From positions 1 to 64,000 of the forward strand of contig JAQGDQ010000277.1 in NCBI GenBank assembly GCA_030141605.1: a stretch of DNA of 64,000 nt, given 5' to 3'. Under the pieces are notes generated by a model, which was given only the letters and a program-made list of their open reading frames with translations, was not told the origin of the DNA and made no database searches. A program made the position numbers and the translations under genes. The DNA comes from Tubiluchus corallicola. Its lineage: Eukaryota; Animalia; Priapulida. Below, piece after piece: positions 1 through 12,309 of this stretch. Each line of letters begins with the position of its first letter. Position 1 is the stretch's first letter.

Positions 1-45
1 ATTATATTATATTATATTATATTATATTATATTATATTATATTAT
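1..45. repeat. (ATT)n microsatellite
   Basis: Perfect ATT repeat at the window start. Confidence 0.95.
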
Positions 46-1372
46 ATGGTAACTGATCAAGACTGACTGATCATCTAATCCTTTACTGTCTCTCATGGAT
101 TGATTGTTCTGCTTGCATTACACTAATCCTCAATCCTTTTCCTTCCTTCCCCTTGTATGAGAGGAGGGGGGAAAAGCAGTCGATTTTTCCAAGACCAACT
201 GATGCCTTAAGATTGTCTCATATTTTGGCCTCATATTTTGACAGGATTTCGGATATCATTGGAGCACCGGTCGGATGTTTGTTTTAAGCAATTTCTGACC
301 ACGAAGATAAAAAATGTCCCTTTCCCAGTTCTTAGTGACAAACCTACACGTAAGCGTTGATTGGCTTATCCAGACTCAGACTCACCCAAAACCAGACTCA
401 GGCAGGCCAGACCCAGACAAACGAACCACAGACCAGACTTCTGATAGAGCAGATCTCAGGACGAGCAATTTTTCTTAACTTCTCTGGCTTGTTAAATTGA
501 ATTGTCATTTTCAAATGTTTTGGCAGACAAATAAAAAATCGTATAAAATGTAGCTAATTGCAATATTTAAGGTACTATTAGACTACAAAGAATGATTACG
601 ACTTGCTTTATGATCGAAATCGTTCTCACAGTTCAACCCTCGGCCACCGGAGATGGAGTGCAAAAACACCCCAAGCGTATTTATTTAGTTGTATCGTTGT
701 GACATGAAGCCATCAGTACCTCTCCCCTTCTGTGTTTAAATGATCGTCTGCATAGCATAAGCAGAATTCATTTGACTTCTTGCGCGCCTCATTGATTTCA
801 TTATAATTTTAATTGCAACACAGTGGGATGTGTTTCACCCCAAATCTGTATTACCGACGTATTGATTTTCTCCATTATTTAAACAAAAATAAGAAAGTAA
901 ACAAATGCTAAATGTTTTTATAGTGCGTGTTAGCTGGCTTTGAAGTACACCTCTGTTGTTGAAAACTCGACTTGGGGCCGAATTAAGTAAAGTAACGTAA
1001 TTTACTAAAAAAGAAAAAAAAATAGACTGACGATTTTTTCCTATAATTTTTCATGTGTAAATTTAATACAACATATGCCAATACAGCAAAATAGTCAAAA
1101 ATAGGATAGTTTTAGTGACCAACGGAAATGAGTCAGTGGCATTTCTTCTGCTCTTATACATGCGGTGTGATTACTCACTATTGCCGATATTCAGGGTTTC
1201 ATCCGAGGCCAATATTTCCGGTAGCCGAGGGTCAATGTAATTAGATTAATTAGTTCAACACTAGAGCATAGACAAAAGTGAAGAGTTTTTAAATTAAATT
1301 TGCACTTTCAGCTGAGCAATAATTAACTATGTCTTCGCAGATTCGGTCAAACACGTAGCTGTGGCAATGAAC

Positions 1373-1625
1373 GCTGCGCGGTAAAAATGACACAGAAAAA
1401 ATGGCACAGGTAAAAGTGGCACAGGTATAAATGGCACAGAAAAAAACTGGCGGGGTAAAAATGGCAAAGGAAAAAATGGTAAAGAAAAAATGCACAAGTG
1501 GAACAGTGGAAACGTATGTAAAACTTTTTTATTGTGCCATGCTTTCCTATGCCATTTTTAGCGTGCCTTTTTCCTGTGCCATTTTTCCTGTGCTATTTTT
1601 ACCTGTGCCATTTTTACCTACATTC
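1373..1625. mobile_element. Non-autonomous foldback DNA transposon (MULE/Phantom-like MITE) with 9-bp TSD
   Basis: Left arm is tandem ~15-bp AAAAATGGCACAGG units and right arm is their reverse complement (CCTGTGCCATTTTT). Flanked by the direct repeat GCAATGAAC at 1364-1372 and 1626-1634. 9-bp TSDs and G...C ends are typical of Mutator-like elements. Confidence 0.75.
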
Positions 1626-3449
1626 GCAATGAACGGATCACGGTCTAATTTTCTAGAGTTTCAGATATATGTATCTAAAGCAGAAGAAAGTAAGTTATAG
1701 TACTTAATATTACGCTTACTTGCTTATGAAATATGTAATAGAAAGGCAAATGCAATAGAAAAGAAAATTCTTAGTTATTTAAAATGTTCACACCAATAGT
1801 AAAATGTTACTGATTCACCTTCCCAGTGTGCACCACTGATTCACCAAAAACTTATTTTTAATCTTATCGACAAGATAAAGTAACATAAACTTTTGCTTAG
1901 TTAGCGAAGTGTGCACTACGAATTCTCTGAATATTTCTTTAAATTTTTATCAATGTTATCTAAACTTATTTCAAACAACCTACCTCAAAATGGCTGCGCC
2001 TCATAGGAGTTTAAATGCTCAAGTTTTTGTTCAGCGTTTGCTGCTAATGCAAGCTTTGTTTGTGATAAAACACCATGTAAGTGATACAAAATTTCTAGAC
2101 AATTTTTAAGCTTCATTTATGAAGCTTGTTTTCGTGTGCTTTAAGATTTTAACTGCAATTATTTCTTAACTATGCTGTACATCAGAAGTGGTTGTGTCTG
2201 ATATTATATTATATAATATATTATAACTACAGTAGTTAATTAGTTAATTAATTAATCGATCAAATCAGTTAATTAGCAGTTTAACAATCAAAATAATGTA
2301 AACCGGTTGAGCAGAAATGTAAACGGTTTAACATTAATGAAAATTCAAGGAGTCCATACCGCGGGATTTCTAAAAGCATTCTGATAAAGCTTGATTTGAA
2401 TTTTCTTTTGAATCACCAACATCAGTTATGTTGTTGGAGTAGACAGAAACTGTTATGTAAACCACGTTAATCCTATAACTTTTTAAGAGAAGGAGGGTTT
2501 TTGCAGGCCTAACGGTTTCACTAATGCCATCGTTGCATTTGCGTTTACTACTGGGACTGTTTATTCGTGCGCATGAATGCACACGAAGACCTTTTCGTGT
2601 TTTCTTGGCGAGAAAATGATTTTAGTAGCAAAGAAGCTAGTGATAATGAATGTCACTGCCACATTTCCGCACTGCGTGGAAGTTCCTCGCTTGTTAATTC
2701 CAAGGAATTTTTGAATAGAAGGGTAGTGATATGCTTTTGGTCAGTTATTCTCAAATGAGAAAACACATTGCCTCGTTCGCGAGAAACTTTTGTCAGGGGA
2801 GTGTTGGGGAAATTTCAACTCCAACGCGAGAAATTTTTGGCATGGGAGAAATTTCAGCACTAACCACAGGAAGTCCCAAATCAAGAAGAAGGAATATTTG
2901 CTAGGAAAGAAATTTCAAATCAAAGGAATAAGAGTTTTTGCCTCAAGAGGAATTTTTACTAGTGGACGAATTTTTGGCAGGGATGATAGGCTGTCCACAG
3001 AGTTTTTGGGCTATTTCATTTCCCATACAGCCCCAGGCTACTTATTCAGAGATGAAAAATATATCATGTACATAAAAATGACCAAGTTACCTATACCAGT
3101 TCTAGTATCTCTTTTTAGAGGAATATTCTAGAAAAAACTTGTTTCCGTGCCGTAGTATAAAAATATTCGATTGACAGAATAATTACTCACTGTATGGTTG
3201 AAAGAAATACTGTAAAGCGACACTAGACATTGTATCTAGTTCTACGTATCAGGTGAATGTAAGAGGCTTCTATGCCGCAGATATATTATTCTCAAGAGCC
3301 GTGAGGGATGCGGTTAGGTTTCAGGGTAACATTTCGGGGAATGATTTTTGCACCTTTCATAATTGAATATAATATACCTGCGTGTAATGAATATGTACTG
3401 TTATATATGTGACGTTATATCGGACTAACACACAGCTAGTGACTGACAA

Positions 3450-3610
3450 CTAAACCAATCAACCAACAACTAACCAACTAACCAACTAGCCAAACAACCA
3501 ACCAATCAAACAACCAACCAATCAGCCAAACAACTAACCAATCAACCAACCAACAAACATCTATATACCCTACTCCAAAACCCACCAAGGAACTAAACAA
3601 CCAACCAAAC
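3450..3610. repeat. Degenerate (AACC)n simple repeat
   Basis: AACC/AACT/AATC units. Confidence 0.85.
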
Positions 3611-4577
3611 TCATGCACCAACTAAATATTCACTAATCAACTAACTACGATATTACTGACTTAATCTTACATATTATTTAGGTTTTGTTTTAAGCTTGTT
3701 GACGCTTTTGTACAAATTTCGCAAATCATTGATCAAATAAAATCATGTCTTTAAAGAAGGAATGGAGCTTTACTAGACTTAATTCGATTTATCAAGGAAT
3801 TGCGTATCCATATACACGCAAATGATAACACAGTATCATGAACAATGTAAAATCAAAGCAACATTTTTAATTAATAATCTATTCATTCGGTTTTTTAATA
3901 TACTTTTTTATTTTTTATTAAGCAACTTCTCTTCGTCTTTTTCATAAATATATTCTCATTCTTTTTATTCTTTATTCTTTTATTCCTTTTCTTTTGGTAC
4001 TTTTCTTTTTTCTTTTTTCTTTTTTATTCCCTTTTAAAAGTTAATTCAATTTTTATTCAAAGTTTAATTCAAAGTTATTTCAAAGATAATTTTTTGCATG
4101 ATAAATGACACAATATTCTTGGCATCTATTTTAACTAGTGAGAAACAAGCAATTGATATCTAATATTAGTTATCTATTATATGGCTAGATAAAGGGAGAT
4201 TACTGAGTGGAGCACATATATGGAAGGGACAGAAAGAAAGTAAAAAACAGTCATCTAGTAGACAATTCCAAAGATACGAAAACCGAGGGAAAAGCCCGAG
4301 GAGGAAGAATTTACAAGCACGTGTTTTGCATCCAAGAATGTTATAAATAAGACAATAGGAAGCAGCAGCAAAATGGGTACTCTGACTAAAGCACTACGAA
4401 AGAAATGATATGAAAGGATAAAAAGAAGAAATGACCAAGAAAAAAGAAAGGAATGACAGTTAAGGAAGATTATAAAACGGTAATGCTATAGGATCAAGGA
4501 ACAAAGAAAAGAAAGGCAGAAGAAAGAAGCTAAGATGAAGCTAGTCGATGACATGAAAACGGTAGCTGAATTCATAC

Positions 4578-5340
4578 CTCTGGCAAAAGAAGTACTTCCA
4601 AGAGCTCTTTCTATACCAGCTTGTTCTTTACTGAGAGTCAGCATATGATAAGCTACAAGTGTCTTCCAAATATCACTGCTCTCCGCTCTCTGCAAGCTCC
4701 GAGCGACCCAGTGAATCAGCATGTCTATGATGTCTGTGTAAAATCGTATTTCTTTCCCGATAGTTGTCAAGGTGACGTTTAGATGTTCTCGGTGAAACCG
4801 AATATACATGTGCAATCCGATTCCGCTCTCGTACTGCGACAACCCAGACGGATTGTCTTCCGGCCACTGCGTTAACGCGTTGAACGCCGCGTCGGATAGC
4901 AGTCGACGTGCCTTTAGTTTTTCGAACACGAACTCGCTTCCCTTGGAGCTGGTAAAGAGTGCCGTTGTTCCGCGTTCTACTTGCAAACGATGAACGATTA
5001 GATTTAGTTCCAAGCTGAAGAGAATCTCTCCTCGTAGCTGTTGTTTCCTTTGGCTGAGGATTATAATGTCTGACAGTGAGAGGGCATTCTGAAGCAGCAA
5101 TGCGAGCACTGGAATAGAAGCCAAGGAAATGATCTTACCCAGCTGCACCCGCCGACCGGAAGTGGACGTGGGATCTGTGAACTTAGCGTAGCGGCGACAG
5201 CAGGGACCTTTGCAGCACACAAAACCCGATGATTCTTGTTTAGTTGAGGCGGTTTCGGCATTCTTGAGCACCCAGCTGCTTTGGGCGTCTACCAGCGATC
5301 CCTGTGAGAGGTGCGCATGAATTTTATTAGCTGAACCCAT
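4578..5340 (-). CDS. First coding exon of a NIT-domain membrane protein, probably a NIT-type receptor guanylyl cyclase (partial; gene continues leftward)
   Basis: ATG at 5340. Cys cluster VCCKGPCC, then hydrophobic helix IISLASIPVLALLL, then NIT-domain signature helices IVHRLQVERGTTALF and KEQAGIERALGS. Splice donor AG|GTATGA with GT at 4577-4576 (phase 1), so the ORF tail 4486-4577 is intronic. The cyclase domain is not seen in the window and is inferred. Confidence 0.82.
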
Positions 5341-5528
5341 GGCCGTCTGGCTTCATCAAGTACAGGTGTGAAAATGAAGCCAGGGCATTGAGATCAACAT
5401 CTTGCGCACCTGATGCTGGCAGCTTGCGCAATCTGCATACTGCGAGTTGTTAATCGTCTTTAAGATTCGACGGAGCGTTAATGCGCTAATCAAACAACCG
5501 TACGTCATAGATCACTTTTCAGGTACAC

Positions 5529-5797
5529 ATGTTCACTTGTGATTGTCAATGGATTCTATCTTTGCAATATTTTAATGTCTTCGTGTTATTGTTGTATATA
5601 TTTTGATTTCCATATTATTGTCTGGCATTTTTGACTACACATTTAGGTGCTTTCTGCGTTGATTAGAAATGTTCACTTTTCATTGTCAATGGATTTCTAT
5701 CTTTGTAACTTTAATGTCTTCGTGTTATTGTTGTATACATTTTAGTTTCCATATAATTCTCTGGCATTTTGACTACACTTCTGATTGTCAATGGATT
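5529..5797. repeat. ~140-bp tandem duplication (two copies plus a partial third) upstream of the NIT gene
   Basis: ATGTTCACTT...TTGTCAATGGATT...GTCTTCGTGTTATTGTTGTATA...TTGACTACAC at 5529-5640 and 5669-5778; TGATTGTCAATGGATT recurs at ~5783. Confidence 0.85.
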
Positions 5798-7720
5798 ATC
5801 GCGTCTCATCAATAAATTTGTTATATTGTTATAATTCTGTTATTTATTATTCAGATATCGGCCAAGGAAAAATCGTGTCTTATTCACTTCAAATTCAAAA
5901 GAAATTTATTTAAATTATTAAAAGCTTTTATGTACGGACAGAAACAATGATTCAATACATCTCTGTTCACATAACTTAAACTTTTAAAAATGGTAAAGAC
6001 AACATTTTTCTACTAACATTTTATATACTAACATTTAACAGTTTTGGGGACCAAGAAACTTTTACGGGGTTGTTGAGGCCAAATATTATCTTTATAATGT
6101 TATTAAAAACGAGACAATGAAATCGATACACAATGACAATGACAGAAAATATAAACATATATAAGTACAGACAAATATAGACGCACATACATTAGAGGTA
6201 CAACCAAGCTGAAAACTTTGCAATAGTATCTGATTAGCTATACTGTTGGAGCATATTTTATACTACGCACTTTTCTGCACGTATTCTAGAAGAACTAAAT
6301 TGAATAGAACTGAAGCTTTCCATTGTAAAGGGATCGGGTTTCAATTAATCTATACCTATTAAGACGAATATCTAATTACAGTACCGTGGAAAGGAATAGT
6401 ACCTAGAGTTTGTACATGATGTCTGATGGGGTAGCCCATATTTCGCAAGAAAGCTTCCTATAATAAGTGCTAATAATGATACAAACACGTGCGACATCAT
6501 TATCGGTTACATGCCTAGTGACAGGTAGTTTTCTAGTTCACCTTGTTACCGTGCAAAATTTATTATTTAACTAATAACTAGTTCTGCAGTTTGTCGTTTC
6601 AGTTGTCGCCACCACAGATGACTTTGCATAAATCCCGGATTTTACTGCGAAAGCGAAGGCTCGTATAATAATGACACAATACAAGGCGCAAAATCTGTCT
6701 GCAACAACTTATTTGGGCTAATATTTGCTCTTTGCTCTTTTCCAGGTTCGATAACTGCTTTTTACCAACTTTGACGTACACGGATTTTTGTTAGACGTGC
6801 TTAACTTTCTGTCTCAGACAAATTCATCCTGTTCCCGTGTGCGGACTCGATACAGACAATTGAATTAGACAAAACCAGCTTATACCGAGAAAACGAATTG
6901 TCTTGGTATCGTGCCATTTAATAATAATTGTTTACTGAGGTTACCCATGACACAGTTTGCCCCATACGACAGTTACAGTGTGCGGGCAAATTTTGTCTGA
7001 AATAATTTGCATCAGACAATTTGTGGCAGACAGACAGACTGGTATATACGATAATTTCCTAATAAGCTTACTGTTGTGTCGTTTGTTTTGGTATGACTCT
7101 CGGACTATAGTAGTATCTTCACATTTTTTCGCCTCATTTTTGTGAGCATTAAGGCAAATATAGGCCTACAAGAACATTTGCAGTCATATTTGTCAAGTGT
7201 AATAGTGCTTGATTTAGTTGTGTGTTTTAAATTTGTGGTGCAAAGTCGCAGAGATGATGGAGCAAAAATATTGATTCTAAACTAATACATCTTCATGTAA
7301 CAAAATAACCTTGAACGTGCAAAAGATACGCATAATAAAGATAGAAATACTGTCTCCGCATTTAGATTACACAGTAATTACACGATAAGAACAGAACAGA
7401 ACAGAACAGAGCAGATCGGGGCAGGGCAGGGCAGGGCAGAGGAAAGGAGAACAAAGTAGAGGAAAGGAGAGGAGTAGAGCAGACACAGCAGTTGAAAACG
7501 AGCACACTTTTCCAAATCGAAGCAAAATAATGTCGATGTTCTACAGTTTGCGATCAACAATTTGCGATTGAGAAGTCTACATTAGCTCGAAAGTTCAAAC
7601 TCTGGCTGCAAAATAGTTGTTGAGATTGATAAGTGGTAGAGAAACGTTGTACATCGATGATCAATAATTGCATATAGTCGATGATGGTATATCGATTAAG
7701 TAGGATCAAAGTTGTTTTCA

Positions 7721-9476
7721 CTATGGTATCCTGGTTTGTCCTTTGCTTGATCCTGCACCTTGGTCGTAATCAATTTCCTTGAAAAAACCTATGCGGGCAT
7801 TGCCATAATCGTCTCTGACGAGAATCAGTTCTCCTTCTTCTTCTTCTCCGTCTTGTTCTTCTTCTAGGTAGCCGCCTTTTACGATAAACACATTACTTTT
7901 GTCACCATATCCAGTGTCAAAGTTGCCAACAGAAATGCCGCTGCTATAACCTCCTCCACTGCTTGAACCGCTTGCGTAACCTTTACCTTTGTTTTCTAGG
8001 ATGTAGTAGATTGCGCGCCTTAAACTTGATCCACCGTAGTTGTCCCCACCAGCCGAGTGCGCAGCAGCTATCATAACCTACAAAATTAATTATTCATAAT
8101 CTTAACATCAAGATTATTATTAATGATGTTACCGACCCACGATTAATTGAATTTTGAAACCAAACTTCGAGGAAATATGAAAAATCTGGTGCACAGCTTG
8201 GATTTGAACCAGTTACCTGCTGCATAGAAGGCCGACGTTATAATCGCTAAGTTAGTGTGTCCTTTGGCGATCACTACAATCCAAAGTTCATCTTTTAAAA
8301 TTTTGCTTGGCTTTCAAAATTCAGTTAATTGTGTGTTTGTATCGTCATCAGTAATCTGCAAAATTAAATTAGTTTAGTTCTATAAACGTTGAAATATAAG
8401 GTTGAAATACCCAATGACTGCAGTTCAACTTTGTAGCAATAGTAAATGGTGAATCGTGTTTGAAAAAAAAGAAGAAGGTAAAGGAAAAATGAGTATTGAA
8501 AAAATTTTCAATGAAGATCTTTGATGATCTACAAAACAAATCTACAAGCACACACTTTACGCAGCAGTTGAAATCTATAATAGGTGCGAGATCCTTCCCT
8601 TGCCCCGTCTAAATTTAAGCGCACATTCTTTAGAGTAGACGCATTATACTATCAACAGCGATTGAAAAATTTCGCAGTTAAGAACATTTCCTTTTTCCGT
8701 TTTGTAAATGAACTACTTGCGTTAGTTTAGTTGCTTGTTCAAACAAATGTTTCAAACGTGGTTTAGAGTTAAAAAAGTGAACACATGAAAACATACAACA
8801 ACTACAAAGGCTTGTTTTGTTTGAATTTATGTGTGATTGTAACACTGGTTATAATCAAACAATACACTATTGCCCACATGATTTGCGTTTTCGCTTCAAA
8901 ACTGAAATGGATTCACTAAAAACAGACTTATGACTATCGATCGGTTGAAATTTTTGTATCCTGTCTGGTTTTTCGTTTTCCACAAAGTAGTGGCAGTCCA
9001 ACGTTGAATCGAAGCACGCCTTTTTGAGATACAGGTCTTAATTAACAGTTGATTATTGTCTGATTAATTAAAAAAGCAAGATCAGGCAGTTGATGTTGTT
9101 ATTAATCTACAGTTAAACTTTATAACCAAATTCAATTTAGCTATCATTTTGATGAATGATTTCTGGCCAAAATTCGTTGTAAAACATCTTGTAAAAATGG
9201 TGACAAAAATTTTATTCGCCAAACATGAAGTAGAGTTTATCTTCCAAAGCAGAAAGCTTTTGTTAATGCAAAATATGAAATTTTCAACTACAGCGTACCT
9301 GAAAGACTTATTTATTGTAACTTATAGGCAGTCCCTCATTTATTTTCTCTACTGGGTCATTTTGTGTGATAGGTACAGTTACTTCACAATAATTCAAACA
9401 CGGCATAGGAATCAAGATAATTCAGTGTAAACTAAAAACTCACCGAAAGTAGCACCAAAACGACTGCTATCCTCAT
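7721..9476 (-). CDS. Secreted Gly/Tyr/Ser-rich, acidic 129-aa orphan protein; coding exons 9476-9444 and 8077-7721
   Basis: Exon 9476-9444 encodes MRIAVVLVLLS and ends at donor GTGAGT (phase 0). Acceptor TTTTGTAG before 8077 gives VMIAAAHS-AGGDNYGG... The join builds a complete signal peptide. The body has GYASGSSSGGGYSSG and EEEQDGEEEEGE. Confidence 0.85.
8121..8352 (-). mobile_element. tRNA-derived core flanked by ~45-bp imperfect inverted repeats (intronic)
   Basis: B-box GGTTCAAATCC (8210-8200) followed by ...GCACCA and TTTTT. Arms ATTAATTGAATTTTGAAACCAA (8142-8163) and TTGGCTTTCAAAATTCAGTTAATT (8307-8330). Confidence 0.6.
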
Positions 9477-9744
9477 CTTGAATGTTCGACAGCTATGATA
9501 TGCGAATTCACTAGATTTAAATAAAAGATACTACATTGTAATTGTTTGTACAATTGTGTGTAGATACAATGGGCGCAACTTTCCCCATTGCAGAAGTTTT
9601 ACATACGTAACCAACAAATGTTATCGCTTAGTTATTCATTCAGGCTCTTTTATTATTCTATTGCATTAGACTACTAATATAGTAGGTATATTTAAATAAG
9701 ATTAGCTTTAGTTTATACAAATAACAAACAAATGTTTCACTTAC

Positions 9745-9808
9745 CCTCGGTCTAATTAAGAAATCCACTCTGAATTTAGGTTGCTCGCACGGTATGCGCC
9801 GTTATATA
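9745..9808 (-). promoter_or_regulatory. Probable TATA box and short non-coding first exon of the Gly/Tyr-rich gene
   Basis: TATATAA at 9808-9802, strong donor GG|GTAAGT at 9744-9739, and acceptor CATAG at 9495-9493 just before the ATG exon. Confidence 0.55.
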
Positions 9809-10259
9809 TGGGCTCCATTGCCCTCAATAGCTGACACTCAATTGAGTTATTTCCAGACGCCGAAACTTTTACTTTTGTCTGTTTTTGACGAGTTCATGTG
9901 TCAGTGTGTTGATCAACTGTCACTTTCAAAGAAGCTTTAATTACTAACAGTAAATGTGCGTGTCACATTAGTTAATGAATTTAATTACACTCTGAACTAT
10001 TAGCGTCATGCTTCATGCATATGGCAAAGTGAAAGTGACGAAAATGGAACACCACTTTCGTTGTAGTAGAACTTTTGCGTGCTTCTATTTGAGCAATGTT
10101 AACGCTACTTGAATTCATTGCAAGTTTTAAAAATTATGTTTTATACGATAATAAAAATTTAGATTCTAAATCAATGTTTCGTCACGTAACAAAATAATTG
10201 TGAAAGCACAAAAGAAATGCATGTTAGAGGTGTTTAATTATTGCGAATGATCTAAGGTC

Positions 10260-10720
10260 TTAGTAAACTTGTTGTCAGCGTAGCAATGGTATTCTTCAAT
10301 GCAAATGTTTTGTATAGAAAGTACAGGCATGAAATGTAAAGTATGTGTTGGTCAGAATTTAAAACCATGTTGTGAAACCATCAAACTGTAGGGTCAGTTT
10401 CACATCTAGGATATATGTTGAAGCTTTGGGCGCTTCAAAATGGGAGGGGGACACCTGCCAAAGGAAAATTCAGATAGCCTTCCTTAATTAATTAAAAGAG
10501 GCGTACCGCAAGGCACAATTCTTGGTCCACTTTTATTTTGCCCTGATGTAAGTGACATTCCTGCAAGTATAGGAAATACCATAGCAATGAAACACATCAT
10601 GCAAATGACACATGTGTCCATAGACAATCATTCTGTTTCTAGCAAAGCGATAAATAACTTAAAAGGAGCAGTTGGAGAATTAAAATGTGTTTCATAGTAT
10701 CATCATCTATAAATAAATAC
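10260..10720 (+). pseudogene. Degenerate non-LTR retrotransposon RT fragment (CR1/L2-like)
   Basis: About 10494-10540 translates as KRGVPQGTILGPLLF. A decayed YADD (HANDT) lies at ~10597-10611. Frames are disrupted and the boundaries are approximate. Confidence 0.7.
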
Positions 10721-12309
10721 AGGAAAAACAACGGCATTGACACAACAACTGGTTTTTACCATTGTGGGCAGGCAGGGATATTGTTTTATTTGTAAGCATA
10801 CTGGTACAGGAATATTAAAATGTTACTTTCAAGTAGTTCAAAATTAAAGACAAGAATCTGCATCTACATCGCTTATTTTTGAAGCAGCATTTGAATCGAT
10901 TTCTGGAAGCAAAGTAAAAGTAAAACAAGAAACTTATTGCCTTATTCCGCACAGAGCTTGTAATGTATAAAACTTGAAAATTTAAGCTCTGGCGACCTTA
11001 TGTACAGCTATTTTAACAGCAAGTCGTTGGAAACAAGTTTAGATAATATTGGGTAAAGTTAAGAAAAAATAATCAAATCATTTGTAGTGCACATTTGGCT
11101 AACAATGCAATAGTATAAATTTCTTAATCCTGTCAGTAAATTAATAATATATTTTTTGGTGGGTCTGTGGTGAGTCAGCGGTGTGTTACCAGGTGGTGCG
11201 AACATTTTAAAATACTAAGAATTTTCTTTCTAGTTACATAAGTCTTCCAAACAGGTAATGCGAACTAACAAAACTTTGTACGGAAAGTTCTTTGGGAAAT
11301 TCTGTCAAATAGCCTTTTCTTTCCCTTTAACTTGTAACGTCCGAAAACGGACATAAGATTACTGTTCTTATCTTGCCTTGTCTGGTGAGTAATAGCGCCT
11401 ACTCAATGATATATTACGTACGGTATGATAATCTTCTTAAAAAGATTTACCTGCAGCCATATTTTTCATATTTTAATTTGCCAAGTAGGATATTTATTTC
11501 TTTTTAGTTGGACAGCCATTTCAAATAACAATGAATATTAATTTCAGGTTCGAGCTTTATAGTAAAAGAGCAAACTTTCACAGATGATGAATTATTGATT
11601 TTCAGCAAAATACACCTCCTGCATATGTAGTTTTTCATAGTAATAACGCCTTTTATTATAAGTACAACGTTTACAACTATTAAGTGCAAAAGTATAGTTT
11701 ATGTCACTTCTTGTTTTGATGGATAGAGAATCTTAATAAGTTTTGCGAGGTGATTTTTTGTAGAAGTTGAGGATTATTGTACTGCAGGAGAGTTTTCTAC
11801 GCACTACTCCATAGTCAGGTGGTACTGCGCGCGCGTATAACATGAAATGTGCGCACCGGCAATACTGAGATTATTAACGAACTTCTCGTCAGCCATGCTG
11901 CTTCCACTTCCGTATTTGACTGAATGAGAATGTTAGACAGTACACGCATCCGTGTACTGTGCAGATAGTCAGACTGTCAGTTATCCTCAATGTACCCGCA
12001 TCCGAAAGTAGTGAAGATGCCTCTGCTAGTTTAAAAGGCATCTTGGCAACGAAATTGAATGTAATATCAAAATTTATGATTTCGCAAGCGTAATATTGAA
12101 ACAGTACAACCGCTCCAAACGTTACAACAAAATATTTACCAGTTTGTTTCTTAATATTGACATTGTGTACGGTAATGAAAAAATAAGTGACATTTACTTT
12201 TATCGTGACAGAACACGCATTGTTTCCTGTTGTAAAACTGCGCGCACATTGCGAGTAGAAAGAGGAATTTAAAAACAGACTTTCGAAAACCAAGTGACCC
12301 GAAACTTAA

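Noticed and set aside
1373-1625. Regular short repeats resembling a CRISPR array (also 14009-14398)
   Set aside because: Units are ~15 bp, contiguous, have no unique spacers and invert halfway; eukaryotic context with no cas genes.
46-4480. Downstream exons of the NIT gene
   Set aside because: No phase-1 exon with NIT, TM or cyclase motifs found by eye; probably outside the window.
4486-4577. Hydrophobic C-terminal tail of the 284-aa ORF as a TM helix
   Set aside because: It lies beyond a good splice donor in T-rich intron sequence.
8185-8260. Functional tRNA gene (also 38863-38930 and 56826-56890)
   Set aside because: A-box, acceptor and anticodon stems are degenerate and no proper cloverleaf forms.
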